This document shows positions 10,667-20,859 of a DNA stretch of 32,000 nucleotides, in pieces. Location: the NCBI RefSeq assembly GCF_000010065.1, contig NC_006576.1:1770001-1802000 (forward strand), read 5' to 3'. The stretch's first letter is position 1; each line of letters starts with the position of its first letter. The position numbers and the translations under genes are program-made. The notes beneath the pieces were generated by a model. It saw nothing but the letters and a program-made list of their open reading frames with translations. It did no database searches and was not told the origin of the DNA. This DNA is from Synechococcus elongatus PCC 6301. Lineage in GTDB: Bacteria; Cyanobacteriota; Cyanobacteriia; Synechococcales; Synechococcaceae.

Positions 10667-11545
10667 CTAGGCTGTCACTTTTTGCAGCAGTGGAAAGCCC
10701 AACTGCTCGCGCTGTTCCAGATAGAGCTTGGCAACTTGCCGCGCCATATTCCGAATCCGGCCGATGTAGCGCGTTCGCTCCGTCACCGAAATCAGACCGC
10801 GAGCATCTAGCAGGTTGAAGCTGTGGGAACACTTGAGCACGTAATCCAAGCTGGGATGCACCAGCCCCTTCTCAATTAGTTGGGTGGCTTCCTGCTCGTA
10901 AAGACCAAATAACTGGAAGAGCAACTCCGGCGTCGAAGCTTCGAAGTTGTAGGTGCATTGCTCAATCTCGCTTTGCAGATGCACGTCGCCATAGCTGAGG
11001 CGATCGGTCCACTTGATCTCGGTGAAGGCTTCGACGTTTTGCAAATACATCGCCAGCCGTTCCAGACCGTAGGTGATCTCAATCGACACAGGTCGACAGT
11101 CGATGCCGCCGCACTGCTGGAAGTAGGTGAACTGAGCCACCTCCATGCCATCCAGCCAAACTTCCCAGCCGACACCCCAGGCCCCAAGCGTTGGCGACTC
11201 CCAGTTATCTTCGACAAAGCGGATGTCATGTTCCTCGGGCTGAATCCCCAAGGCCCTCAGTGAGTCAAGATAGGTTTCCTGAATCCCTTCTGGTGAGGGC
11301 TTGATCAGCACTTGGTACTGGTAGTAGTGCTGATAGCGATTGGGATTTTCGCCGTAGCGACCATCAGTAGGACGACGACAAGGCTCCACATAAGCCACAG
11401 CCCAAGGCTCAGGCCCGATCGCCCGCAGAAAAGTGTGCGGATTCATGGTGCCGGCCCCTTTTTCGGTGTCGTAGGGCTGGGCAATCAGGCAACCGCGATC
11501 GGCCCAAAATTGGTTGAGCGTGGCAATGACGGATTGAAAGTTCAC
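10667..11545 (-). CDS. glyQ: Glycyl-tRNA synthetase alpha subunit
   Basis: [70 protein letters not shown] is GlyQ; GTG start at 11545. Confidence 0.97.
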   Translation of the reverse strand: MNFQSVIATLNQFWADRGCLIAQPYDTEKGAGTMNPHTFLRAIGPEPWAVAYVEPCRRPTDGRYGENPNRYQHYYQYQVLIKPSPEGIQETYLDSLRALGIQPEEHDIRFVEDNWESPTLGAWGVGWEVWLDGMEVAQFTYFQQCGGIDCRPVSIEITYGLERLAMYLQNVEAFTEIKWTDRLSYGDVHLQSEIEQCTYNFEASTPELLFQLFGLYEQEATQLIEKGLVHPSLDYVLKCSHSFNLLDARGLISVTERTRYIGRIRNMARQVAKLYLEQREQLGFPLLQKVTA

Positions 11546-11659
11546 GCCGTCCTCGATTCGATGGGTGAAGTGCTACAGCTTTTCACCGTAGCAGGATTGC
11601 AGGGGCTTCCCTAGCGATCGCGAGTTGAGGCGATCATCGGTGTGCCAAAAGACCGAGAT

Positions 11660-12610
11660 CTAGCGCACGGAGCCCCAGCCGTCCCAAGGGCTGACCTCGA
11701 CTACGCCACTGGGCTGAAAGACGATGCGGAGATCCGCTAGGGGTTGGCGATCGCCTGCAGGCAATGGCTTCAAGAGTGAAGCGAGCGGTGTTTGCTGAAT
11801 GTCAGATTGGCTATCTTCGGCGCGATAACCCACAATTTGACCTGTGGCCGTTGCGCTGACGCGATATTGCTCAGCTTCCGCAGGTTCGTACTCGGGTTTG
11901 CGATCCCAAGCACTGCCGATCGCTGCTCGACTGGCCACCACAACAGCTTCCAGCGTTCCTGCATCCGCCAAACTTGGGCTACTGGCAGGAGGCTCTGTCG
12001 CAGGTGGATTGCTGTTCGCCCCTGAGGTCGTCTGCTCAGTCTGGGGTAGGTTCTCGCGCGGCGGCTTCACCTCAGGAATTGGCAGGGCAAAGAGAGCTGC
12101 AGCAGCGATCGCGAGTCCAGCTAGACCGACAGCGGGTGCGGCGGCCCGTTGTGGCAACGGCACCAGAGCTGGGACATGGCGACGCGGTAGGGGGGCCAAG
12201 CCAATCTGGAGATCGGGCAGCGTTAAGGGGTCTGCGATGAGTTGATCGATCGCATCGACCAGATCAAAGAGCTGCAGGCTGTTTAGTTCCAGTGCAACTT
12301 CGCTACCGTTATCGTTACTGGTCAGCTGATGGCGATCGCGATCGAGCGATCGCAACTGGATCAAGTCGCTACTGATGGCAGTCTGGGGGCGAGGCAAACC
12401 ACTGATCACCCCTTGGGCGTAGGCACTCGCGACTGTGGCAAGCTGAACCAGAAAATCTTTACCACCCCGTAGAGCCGGTTGTAGGCCGGGGAAGCCACAC
12501 TCCACCCGCGTCACAATTGTCAGGCATTGACTGTTATCCAAGCTGGCATCGGCAAGGCCTTGCACGAGCAAACTGCAATTGGGCAGCTGATAGAGCCGTT
12601 GAAGTTGCAT
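11660..12610 (-). CDS. DUF4335-like cyanobacterial protein with a transmembrane segment
   Basis: 951-nt ORF immediately downstream of the DUF3038-like gene; MQLQRLYQLPNCSLLVQGL... plus hydrophobic segment and Pro/Ser-rich linker; family name from memory. Confidence 0.75.
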   Translation of the reverse strand: MQLQRLYQLPNCSLLVQGLADASLDNSQCLTIVTRVECGFPGLQPALRGGKDFLVQLATVASAYAQGVISGLPRPQTAISSDLIQLRSLDRDRHQLTSNDNGSEVALELNSLQLFDLVDAIDQLIADPLTLPDLQIGLAPLPRRHVPALVPLPQRAAAPAVGLAGLAIAAAALFALPIPEVKPPRENLPQTEQTTSGANSNPPATEPPASSPSLADAGTLEAVVVASRAAIGSAWDRKPEYEPAEAEQYRVSATATGQIVGYRAEDSQSDIQQTPLASLLKPLPAGDRQPLADLRIVFQPSGVVEVSPWDGWGSVR

Positions 12611-12616
12611 CGCTGA

Positions 12617-13240
12617 CTAAACCTCACCATCAAACAGACTGGCCCAGAGGCGCTTGGCTCCAGCCACACCAGTACAGAACAGCAGTTGTTCCACGAGGGT
12701 CAACGCCAACTGGTCGAGGCTATCGCCTTCGGCCAAGCGAATGACCGCCGCCCGGCGCGGGTTCATGCGGGACTGGAAGTGCGATCGAAAGCGATCGAGA
12801 TAAAAGGCAATTAAGGCATCGCTGCGGTAGTCTGCCCCCTGCTGTTCCAGTTGGCTTCGAGTCAGCAGAATCTGCCGGATCGGCACGGTCAGTCGCTGGG
12901 CGAGGTTACTGATCAACACTGCGATCGCCTGGATTTCAGCCTGACTGAGGGGTTGGCGCTGGGTGAGGCGACGCAGGGGATTGGTGCTCCGTAGTCGCCA
13001 GACTTGGACGCGATCGCGCAAGACCGATTCAAGCCCCAACTCACGGCTGACCCAGAGAATGGCTTCTGGGGCTCCTAAGTCCAATGCTTCGAGAGCTAAA
13101 AGCAAAAGGTCGAGATGCTGTCGGGCGCGCCGTGGACAGTCTTCGGGAATCCCCGCTAGCTTGGGCAACTGCAGCAAGGCCGCCGGCAAGCTTGCTTCGG
13201 CTGGCATGGGAGTTGGAGAAATACTGGCAGAGGCGTTCAT
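12617..13240 (-). CDS. DUF3038-like cyanobacterial protein
   Basis: ORF 12617-13336, likely start at an internal ATG (13240 or 13249); LPKLAGIPEDCPRRARQHLDLLLLALEALDLGA...; only 6 nt from the downstream DUF4335-like gene. Confidence 0.75.
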   Translation of the reverse strand: MNASASISPTPMPAEASLPAALLQLPKLAGIPEDCPRRARQHLDLLLLALEALDLGAPEAILWVSRELGLESVLRDRVQVWRLRSTNPLRRLTQRQPLSQAEIQAIAVLISNLAQRLTVPIRQILLTRSQLEQQGADYRSDALIAFYLDRFRSHFQSRMNPRRAAVIRLAEGDSLDQLALTLVEQLLFCTGVAGAKRLWASLFDGEV

Positions 13241-13410
13241 GCAATCCATCGAGCCCTGAGCGCCCGCACCGCGATCGCCCTTCGCTGCCGATGGTACCAG
13301 CGCCAGAAACGGGTTTGCGGGCAGACAGTGTTTCAATTTAGCATTTCTGGGCTTGCCATCCCGCGAGTGGCAGATGCCACAATGCTGGGGAATGTTGGCG
13401 TCCCCTCTGC

Positions 13411-13926
13411 ATGGATCTCAAAACCCTGATTCGGGAAATTCCGGATTTTCCCAAACCCGGCATCCTGTTCCGAGACTACACAACGGTGTTGAAGGACCCC
13501 CAGGGTTGGCGCTACAGCATCGATCGTTTGACTGAGTTGATCAAGCCCTTGGAACCGACGGCGATCGTGGGGATTGAGTCGCGGGGTTTCATCCTAGGTG
13601 CGCCCTTGGCCTACCAACTCGGCTTGGGTTTTGTGCCGGTGCGGAAGCCGGGCAAACTGCCTGCTGACACCCACAGCGTCGAGTATGAGCTGGAATACGG
13701 TAGCGATCGCCTCGAAATCCACCAAGATGCTTTGGCTCCGGGCGATCGGGTTGTCGTTGTCGATGACTTAATTGCCACGGGCGGGACTGCCAGTGCTACC
13801 GCCACGTTGATCGATCGCTGCAGCGCGACCTTGGCCGGCTTTGCCTTTGTGATCGAGCTGGAAGGGCTGAATGGCCGCGATCGCCTGCCCGAGGTACCAA
13901 TCATCAGCCTCGTGAGCTACGACTAA
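13411..13926 (+). CDS. apt: Adenine phosphoribosyltransferase
   Basis: [81 protein letters not shown] are Apt signatures. Confidence 0.96.
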   Translation: MDLKTLIREIPDFPKPGILFRDYTTVLKDPQGWRYSIDRLTELIKPLEPTAIVGIESRGFILGAPLAYQLGLGFVPVRKPGKLPADTHSVEYELEYGSDRLEIHQDALAPGDRVVVVDDLIATGGTASATATLIDRCSATLAGFAFVIELEGLNGRDRLPEVPIISLVSYD

Positions 13927-13932
13927 GTCGAC

Positions 13933-14928
13933 ATGAGTCGCCGTGCCACCACCCAGTTTTTGCTGCAACGGTTGCTCCAAGCCCTGTTGACGTTGCTGCT
14001 AGCTTCGTTCCTCAGCTTTTGTCTGATCCAGCTGGCACCCGGCGACTATCTCAGTAACCTGCAGCAAAACCCCCAACTGTCTGCTGAACGGATTCAAGAA
14101 CTACGGCAACAATTTGGCCTCGATCGTCCTTGGCTTGAGCAGTATGGACGCTGGCTCTGGCAAGTGGTTCGCTACGGCAACTTTGGCAGCAGTTTTGTCT
14201 ATCAACGACCTGTCGCCGATCTGCTCTGGGAGCGCGTGCCCAACACCTTGCTCTTGGCTATCTGTTCTCTGATCACGACTTGGGCGATCGCCTTGCCGCT
14301 GGGCATTCAGGCCGCCGTTGCTCAAAATCAGCGGAGCGATCGCATCCTGCAACTGATCAGCTATCTTGGGCAGGGAACTCCGAGTTTTATTACAGCGCTG
14401 CTGCTGCTCTTCCTCGCGCAGTTTCTGACGCCGCTGCTGCCGATCGGCGGCATGACTAGCCTCGATTTTGAAGACCTCACGCCCCTGCAACAAATGGCGG
14501 ATTTGGGTCGCCATCTCATCCTGCCGGTCTTAGCGCTTACTCTCTCGGGCTTTGCTAGCCTGCAGCGGATCAGCCGTGGTGAAATGCTCGAGGTGCTGCG
14601 CCAAGACTACATCCGCACCGCCCGTGCCAAAGGCTTGCCGGAGCAGCGCGTCATCTACGTCCACGCTCTACGCAATGCGATCAATCCCCTGATTACGCTC
14701 TTGGGCTTTGAGTTCGCGACCCTGCTCAGCGGCGCTTTTATTGCTGAATATTTCTTTAACTGGCCGGGGCTAGGCCGCTTAATTTTGCAAGCCGTTTTTG
14801 CGCAGGATCTCTACTTGGTAATGGCCAGCTTGATGATGGGTGCTGTGATGCTGATTCTGGGCAATCTGCTCGCAGATCTGCTGCTGCGCTGGGTCGATCC
14901 CCGCATTCGCCTGGATGATCTGAACTAA
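13933..14928 (+). CDS. ABC transporter permease, dipeptide/oligopeptide (DppB) type
   Basis: LASFLSFCLIQLAPGDYL..., EEFDYIRTARAKGL-like segment LRQDYIRTARAKGLPEQRVIYVHALRNAINPLITLLGFEFATLLSGAFIAEYFFNWPGLGRL. Confidence 0.92.
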   Translation: MSRRATTQFLLQRLLQALLTLLLASFLSFCLIQLAPGDYLSNLQQNPQLSAERIQELRQQFGLDRPWLEQYGRWLWQVVRYGNFGSSFVYQRPVADLLWERVPNTLLLAICSLITTWAIALPLGIQAAVAQNQRSDRILQLISYLGQGTPSFITALLLLFLAQFLTPLLPIGGMTSLDFEDLTPLQQMADLGRHLILPVLALTLSGFASLQRISRGEMLEVLRQDYIRTARAKGLPEQRVIYVHALRNAINPLITLLGFEFATLLSGAFIAEYFFNWPGLGRLILQAVFAQDLYLVMASLMMGAVMLILGNLLADLLLRWVDPRIRLDDLN

Positions 14929-15036
14929 ATTGTTCACGCTTCTGGCTTGAGTCCTGTAGTGCGCTCAGGCAGTCTTGGGCTGCGATCGTGCAGACGCCTA
15001 GTTTTTTGGCAAACCATTGGCTAACATTCAGGTGCT

Positions 15037-16149
15037 TTGACTCTCTGTGCAAATAAAAAGGCGCTTCTCGTGGTCGGCATTTTTTCTAAGTTTCTTGGTG
15101 GCGATCAATCGCGCCTTGGGGTGGAAATTACCCCAGAGCGGATCAATCTTGCCCACATTGGCCGCAAGGGGAATCGCCTGCAGCTTCAGGATTTTGTTTC
15201 CGTGGAGCTACCGGATGGGTTGTTTCAAGACGGGCGCGTGCTAGATAGCTTCAGCCTGTCCGATCTGCTCCGCACCGCCATCAACGACAACCGCATCAGA
15301 ACCAAAAGAGTCTCCACTGCGGTGCCAGGACGAGAGGTGATCACCCGGCTGCTGCCCATGCCCGCGGAGCTCGATGATGCCGAATTGCGCGAGACACTGA
15401 TCAATCAAGAAGCTGCTCTGTTCCTGCCCTTCCCGCGTGAAGAGGCCGACATCGACTATCTGAAACTGGACTATTTTCTGGACGCGGATGAGGTCGAAAA
15501 GTTGCACGTCCTGCTCGTGGCGACTCGTCGGCAGGTGACCGATGTCTACCTTGATCTCTTTGCCCAAGCTGGCCTGACGCCTGACATTGTGGAAGTTGGG
15601 AGCTTTGCGCTAATCCGAACGATTCGCGAAGCGCTGCGCCAGTACGGATTGCAAGAAGCGGTCATTCTCCTCAACGTGGAATATGACCTCACAGAAATCG
15701 TGATTATCGTTGGGGGCGTGCCTCGGTTTAGCCGCACGATCGCCATGGGTACTCAGCAGTGGCAGCGGGCTGCAGCCCAAGCTGGTATCGACAATACAGG
15801 ACGGGGTATTGATTTCCTGCAGGGGCGATCGTTCACATTGCTCGAACCCCCGGCTGATCTCCTCTCTCAAGCTCTGGCACGATCGGTCACCGAGCTCTGT
15901 GATGAAGTACGGCGATCGGCTGACTTCTACCTCAGCCAAGAGACCGATATTGAAGTAGCCAAGCTCTACGTTGCAGGTCCAGGCTCAGCCTTGCCAACAC
16001 TACCCGAGTTTCTGGGGCAACGCCTAGGGCTCCCTGTAGAACTCGTCGATCCTGTCGAGGGGTTGGGGCTCGAGGTGGCGGAGAACCTTTATTTGCCAAA
16101 TCGCGCTGATGTGGGCGTGGTGTTGGGCTTAGCCACGCGAGGAGTATAG
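15037..16149 (+). CDS. pilM: Type IV pilus assembly protein PilM
   Basis: SRLGVEITPERINLAHI, PMPAELDDAELRETLINQEAALFLPFPREEADIDY, VGGVPRFSRTIAMG, VAGPGSALPTLPEFLGQRLGLPVELVDP; followed directly by pilN/O/Q. Confidence 0.92.
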   Translation: MTLCANKKALLVVGIFSKFLGGDQSRLGVEITPERINLAHIGRKGNRLQLQDFVSVELPDGLFQDGRVLDSFSLSDLLRTAINDNRIRTKRVSTAVPGREVITRLLPMPAELDDAELRETLINQEAALFLPFPREEADIDYLKLDYFLDADEVEKLHVLLVATRRQVTDVYLDLFAQAGLTPDIVEVGSFALIRTIREALRQYGLQEAVILLNVEYDLTEIVIIVGGVPRFSRTIAMGTQQWQRAAAQAGIDNTGRGIDFLQGRSFTLLEPPADLLSQALARSVTELCDEVRRSADFYLSQETDIEVAKLYVAGPGSALPTLPEFLGQRLGLPVELVDPVEGLGLEVAENLYLPNRADVGVVLGLATRGV

Positions 16150-16151
16150 CG

Positions 16152-16868
16152 GTGTACAGCTTAGACATTAACTTTCTCAAAGAACGGACAACCACAGCGC
16201 CGCCAGTTACCACCTTCGGGACTGCAGCCGTTGCCACTAATCCCTCGGAGCGGCTCCCGCTCTGGATTGGGGTGGGTATCGGCTTGCTTTTGCCTGGGCT
16301 GGCACTCGTGGTTACGGCCTTGGCTAACAATCGGGTTTCGACCCTGACTGCTGACAAGGCCGAACTCGAACAACAAATTCAGCTGGGGCAGCCAGCAGAA
16401 GCCCGCCTCAAGAGCATTCAGGCTGAGATTGAGCAAATCAATACCGACACCACGTCCTTAATTCAGGTCTTCCCGCAGGTCAAATCCTAGTCTGCTATCC
16501 TCACCGACCTGAGTCGACGGACCCCGGTGGCAGTTCAGATCAGCAAGATTGAGCAGGCGGGCAAGAAGGTCACCCTACAGGGCAGTTCTTCTAACTACGA
16601 CTCGGTCAATGACCTGCTGCTGACCTTGCAGCAGTCGCGTTTCTTTACAGCTAGCAGCCTGCGGATTGAAGAGGCGAAATTAGGCGCTACCCCTACTCAA
16701 AATACAGGGGAGAACAGTCCTAAGCTGTCGAATGTGAACTATCGCATTGTCGGTGAGCTCAGCGACGTTCCCACGACGGATCTCTTGCAAAATCTCCGTC
16801 AGCTCGATGCTCAAGGTCTTGCTGCTCGCCTGCAGGGATTAGTGAACCAAGGGGTACTGAAGCCATGA
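16152..16868 (+). pseudogene. pilN: pilN interrupted by one in-frame TAG at 16488-16490 (fragments 16152-16490 and 16527-16868, same frame)
   Basis: MYSLDINFLKERT...SLIQVFPQVKS[*]SAILTDLSRRTPVAVQISKIEQAGKKVTLQGSSSNY...; the same frame continues coding-like through and after the TAG and overlaps the pilO start, as in intact pilMNOQ operons. Confidence 0.9.
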
Positions 16869-17659
16869 CTGTCTCGCTGAGTAAATTCCCGGATGATGAA
16901 CCCGAGGTTCTCGCATCCAATTACCCAACGGTTTTTGGGCTGACAATTACACCCCTCGTGGGTGGAATTCTAGCGGCGATCGCAGGGTTGGCAGGCGCTG
17001 GCTGGATTTTTCTCAATCTTGTTCAGCCAACTCAAGAGCAGGCTAATCAGCTGACCCAGGAAGTTAATGACCTCCGCGCTCGGGCTGAACAGCAAGCCGC
17101 TAGCCTGCGCCAAATTGGCGCTCAGCAGCAACAGTTAGCCAATGCTCGAGCCCAACAGCGTGTGGTGCAAAGCTTCTTTGCATCGCCCGCCACCTTAGAT
17201 ACGCTGTTGCTCGACATCGATGGCCAAGTAAGGCGGGTGGCTGGCTTGCAGCTGCAGTCCTACTTGCCGAAGGAGTCGGCGATTGTGACCGATGGGTCGC
17301 TCGGTGAAGGCGTCAACAACAAACTGAAGCAAACCCCCGTGTTTGTCGAGGTGAGTGGCAGTTTCAACCAAACTGTGTCCCTACTGCGGGGACTCGAACA
17401 GTTGCAACCGCTGTTATTGGTGCGAGACATTGTCGTGACGGCAGAGCCGGTGCCGGTCACGGTCACGCCGAGGGGGCAAATCTTGGCGCGGCCAGCCCCC
17501 AAGCTGACGACACAGTTCAATATTGTGGCGCTGAGTCCCTTGACGCCCGAAGAACAGAAGCAGGTTGAAGAGGCTGCTGCTGCCGCTGCGAAAAATAATC
17601 CAGGAGGAGGTGCGAACCCAGGAGGAGGAACGGGCAACGCAGGTCAGTCGGGTCAGTAA
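16865..17659 (+). CDS. pilO: Type IV pilus assembly protein PilO
   Basis: N-terminal TM then coiled coil (QPTQEQANQLTQEVNDLRARAEQQ), C-terminal ferredoxin-like part, operon position; 4-nt overlap with pilN. Confidence 0.9.
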   Translation: MTVSLSKFPDDEPEVLASNYPTVFGLTITPLVGGILAAIAGLAGAGWIFLNLVQPTQEQANQLTQEVNDLRARAEQQAASLRQIGAQQQQLANARAQQRVVQSFFASPATLDTLLLDIDGQVRRVAGLQLQSYLPKESAIVTDGSLGEGVNNKLKQTPVFVEVSGSFNQTVSLLRGLEQLQPLLLVRDIVVTAEPVPVTVTPRGQILARPAPKLTTQFNIVALSPLTPEEQKQVEEAAAAAAKNNPGGGANPGGGTGNAGQSGQ

Positions 17660-17715
17660 CGAGGCAAGTGGTAGGAATCGCCCTTGAAGCGATCGCGAGT
17701 GAGTGAATTTACGGT

Positions 17716-20052
17716 GTGGGTGTGAGGTTTCGAACAATGCAAGCTTGGAAAATTTTGGGGAGTGGATTGGTTCTTGGAACTGCCGCGATCGCGGGGCAGC
17801 CATCACCAGTCTGGGCCCAAGCCGCATCGACCATCGCGGCAAATCCGTCGGCAACGGAAGTCAATCGGGTTTTGGTGACGCCGACAACGAATGGCATTAG
17901 CCTGTCTTTGAGTACAACGGGTACTCAGGCACCACAAGCCTTTTCAACTAATCTCGATAAGGTCTGGGTGACGGATCTGATCGGCGCTCGCCTCAATCTG
18001 CCGGAGGGTAAGAGCTTTACTCAGCCGAACCCGGTACCTGGGATCGAGTCGATCGCAGTTTCCCAAGTGAGTGAAAACGGCGTTCGGATCGTTGTGACCG
18101 GTAGCGATCGCCCGCCGATTGTGACTAACAGCAGTCGGAATGGTGGGAGCTTGCAGTTTGAACTCAGTACTCAGACTGCGATCGCAGCCGCACCTAGCCC
18201 CAGTGCTCCACTAGTCGGTGCTGCTCCCCGACCCAACCTGCGTCCCCCTGCGGCCCCGGCCCCGCAGCGGACTGCCCAAGCGACGCCCCCGACGCCAATT
18301 CCAGTCAGCCCAGCACCACAGCCGCCGGTCCAACCCCTAGACCCTCGGCAAGTACTGCAACCGACGCCATCCCCTGCGCCAGGACAACTCCCTCCCCTCC
18401 AGCCTCGGGCCGTTGCACCGCCTTTGGGTGATATTGCGATCTCCAACACAGTGCCCCAAGGCACTGCTGTCACCTTCCCGAATGCGCGTCCCGTCCCTCG
18501 CATTGCCTTGCGTAATGCTTCCGCGCGGGAAGTACTCAGCATCATTGCAACGTCTGCTGGGTTAAACCTTGTCTATCTTGATAGCAACGGCCAGCCAACT
18601 GCTGCGGCCCCAGTGGTTAGTAATGAGCCGAAAGTGAGTGTTGATCTGCAAAATATTGATGCTCAGTCAGCCTTTAACTACGTTCTTCAGATTGCTGGGT
18701 TGCAGGCTAGCCGTCGCGATAATGTCATTCTGGTCGGGAGAAACCTGCCGCCCTCTGCTGGTGGGTTAGTTTCCCGGACTTTCCGCCTCAACCAAGCAGT
18801 CGCTCAAAACGTAGCGGGCTATCTCACGACTTTAGGGGCTAACTCAGTCGTTTCCTTTACTAAAAAAGTCTGTGTCTCGACTGGTGTGCAGGATACAACT
18901 GCAACAGGTGGCGGCGCGGGCACTGGCGCAGGACAAGGTCAGATTCAAACCCTCAGTCAGACTTCGGCTCAATGTTTTGATGAGCCGGAAGTCAAGGAGC
19001 TCAAAGTTCCTGGCACTCCAGCCGGCCCATTACCCCTCAAAAACATTTCAATCACCGCAGATATTCGAACGAACAGCCTCTCAATCGTGGGCGATCCCCA
19101 AGCAATCAACTTTGCGACAGGTTTAATTCAACAGCTTGACCTTCGAAAAAGACAAGCTTCAGTCAATGTTAAGGTTATTGACCTTGACTTGAATGACCTC
19201 AATGCGATCGCGACTAGTTTCTCCTTTGGAATTGGCAACACCCTATTCTCGGGAAGTGGCGGTCTGAGAACGACCGTAATTGATAATGCGGGCTCAGTGA
19301 TCCAGCCCCCAAATGACAGTGTCTTTAACCCCAGTAACTTACCAGCAGGGATTAACCCAGCGAATCCCTTGTTGGCCTTGCCGAATCAATTGACCAATAA
19401 TTTCCTTGGTGCTTTATCTGCATCAATTATCAACAACAAAACTAAGTTGCTGACTGACCCCACCTTAATCATTCAGGAAGGAGAAAGAAGCGAAGTCAAA
19501 CTGACTAGTCAGGTTGTTCAAAAGATTGAATCAGAGACTACAACCAACGGCAGTGGCCCGCCAACCGTTAGCCGAACCATTGACCTTGCAGATGTTGGTC
19601 TACAGTTAACCATCAACATTGAACGAATTGATGACAATGGCTTCATTACTCTCACAGTCTTGCCAGCCATTTCATCGCCACAAGATGTTGTGACTTTTGG
19701 TGATCCCAACACCAATGGTGTCTTGACAACCCTGATTAAGAAGCGGGAGGTTTCATCGGGCAAAATTCGCTTGAGAGACAGTCAAACGCTCATTCTGTCG
19801 GGGATCATCCAAGATGAAGAGCGGGAGCGAGTTGCTAAGATTCCTCTCCTGGGAGATTTGCCACTGATCGGTTCCCTCTTTCGCACCTCTTATACCGATC
19901 GCCAGCGGCGAGAAGTTGTGGTGGTGATTACACCGAAGATTTTGGCCGATACGGATGCCACGGTCTTCGGCTATGGCTATCAGCCCAGCCCCCCTGCTCA
20001 ATCAGTGCTGAACAACACGTTGCAAACTCCCACGGTCGCTCCGCTGCCCTAG
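17716..20052 (+). CDS. pilQ: Type IV pilus secretin PilQ (AMIN and secretin domains)
   Basis: N-terminal signal, AMIN-like repeat, STN/secretin regions: ISIANTVPQ..., RVAL-type N domains, LTDPTLIIQEGERSEVKLTSQVVQKIE, GLQLTINIERIDDNGFITLTVLPAIS, KREVSSGKIRLRDSQTLILSGIIQDEERERVAKIPLLGDLPLIGSLFR. Confidence 0.94.
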   Translation: MGVRFRTMQAWKILGSGLVLGTAAIAGQPSPVWAQAASTIAANPSATEVNRVLVTPTTNGISLSLSTTGTQAPQAFSTNLDKVWVTDLIGARLNLPEGKSFTQPNPVPGIESIAVSQVSENGVRIVVTGSDRPPIVTNSSRNGGSLQFELSTQTAIAAAPSPSAPLVGAAPRPNLRPPAAPAPQRTAQATPPTPIPVSPAPQPPVQPLDPRQVLQPTPSPAPGQLPPLQPRAVAPPLGDIAISNTVPQGTAVTFPNARPVPRIALRNASAREVLSIIATSAGLNLVYLDSNGQPTAAAPVVSNEPKVSVDLQNIDAQSAFNYVLQIAGLQASRRDNVILVGRNLPPSAGGLVSRTFRLNQAVAQNVAGYLTTLGANSVVSFTKKVCVSTGVQDTTATGGGAGTGAGQGQIQTLSQTSAQCFDEPEVKELKVPGTPAGPLPLKNISITADIRTNSLSIVGDPQAINFATGLIQQLDLRKRQASVNVKVIDLDLNDLNAIATSFSFGIGNTLFSGSGGLRTTVIDNAGSVIQPPNDSVFNPSNLPAGINPANPLLALPNQLTNNFLGALSASIINNKTKLLTDPTLIIQEGERSEVKLTSQVVQKIESETTTNGSGPPTVSRTIDLADVGLQLTINIERIDDNGFITLTVLPAISSPQDVVTFGDPNTNGVLTTLIKKREVSSGKIRLRDSQTLILSGIIQDEERERVAKIPLLGDLPLIGSLFRTSYTDRQRREVVVVITPKILADTDATVFGYGYQPSPPAQSVLNNTLQTPTVAPLP

Positions 20053-20149
20053 TTGTTGCACGCGATCGCTACCTGCATGACCTCTCCTTCTCGAGAGATG
20101 GATGTAGGTAGCGATCCTTCAGCACTGGCTACCCGATTCATTCGACACT

Positions 20150-20188
20150 AAAAATCCCTCCCACAGGAAACTCTGGCGAGGGATTTTT
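20150..20188. terminator. Probable bidirectional rho-independent terminator between convergent pilQ and peroxiredoxin genes
   Basis: AAAAATCCCTC (20150-20160) pairs perfectly with GAGGGATTTTT (20178-20188); inner stem closed by a GAAA tetraloop. Confidence 0.85.
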
Positions 20189-20223
20189 GATGCAGAAGAA
20201 GAGCCTATCAGGACTCTTGAAAT

Positions 20224-20859
20224 CTAGCGGTTGGGTTGCGGGGTCAAACGCAGGTAAGGCTTCACTTCCGTGACACCTTTGGGGAATTGCTCACGCGCTT
20301 GTTCCGTAGGAATCGACGGCACAACAACAACGTCATCGCCATCGTTCCAGTTAGCCGGCGTCGCAACGCTGTAGTTGTCGGTCAGTTGCAGCGAGTCGAT
20401 GACTCGCAGCAACTCATCGAAGTTACGGCCAGCGCTGGCAGGATAGGTCAGAGTCAACCGCAGCTTTTTGTTGGGGTCGATGATGAACACCGATCGCACT
20501 GTCAGGGTGTTATTTGCGTTGGGGTGGATCATGTCGTACAGATCCGACACCTTGCGATCGGGATCTGCCAAGATCGGGTAGTTGACTTGGGTGCCTTGGG
20601 TTTCGTTGATATCGCCAATCCAGCCTTTGTGCGATTCGACGTCATCGACGCTCAGTGCGATCGGCTTGACGTTGCGCTTGGCAAATTCCTCTTCGAGCTT
20701 AGCGACGGTGCCCAACTCAGTCGTGCAAACGGGAGTGTAGTCGGCAGGGTGCGAGAACAGGATGACCCAGCTATCTCCGGCCCAATCGTAGGAGTTGATT
20801 TCGCCTTCACTGGACTGCTGAGTAAAGTTGGGGACGGTATCGCCGAGACGAAGAGACAT
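20224..20859 (-). CDS. 1-Cys peroxiredoxin (Prx6/AhpC-like)
   Basis: MSLRLGDTVPNFTQQSSEGEI..., SHPADYTPVCTTELG peroxidatic Cys, no obvious resolving Cys, long C-terminal Prx6-like domain. Confidence 0.94.
   Translation of the reverse strand: MSLRLGDTVPNFTQQSSEGEINSYDWAGDSWVILFSHPADYTPVCTTELGTVAKLEEEFAKRNVKPIALSVDDVESHKGWIGDINETQGTQVNYPILADPDRKVSDLYDMIHPNANNTLTVRSVFIIDPNKKLRLTLTYPASAGRNFDELLRVIDSLQLTDNYSVATPANWNDGDDVVVVPSIPTEQAREQFPKGVTEVKPYLRLTPQPNR

Noticed and set aside
15037-20052. Idea that additional genes in the pilMNOQ cluster are decayed
   Set aside because: pilM, pilO and pilQ frames are full length with conserved motifs; only pilN shows a disruption.
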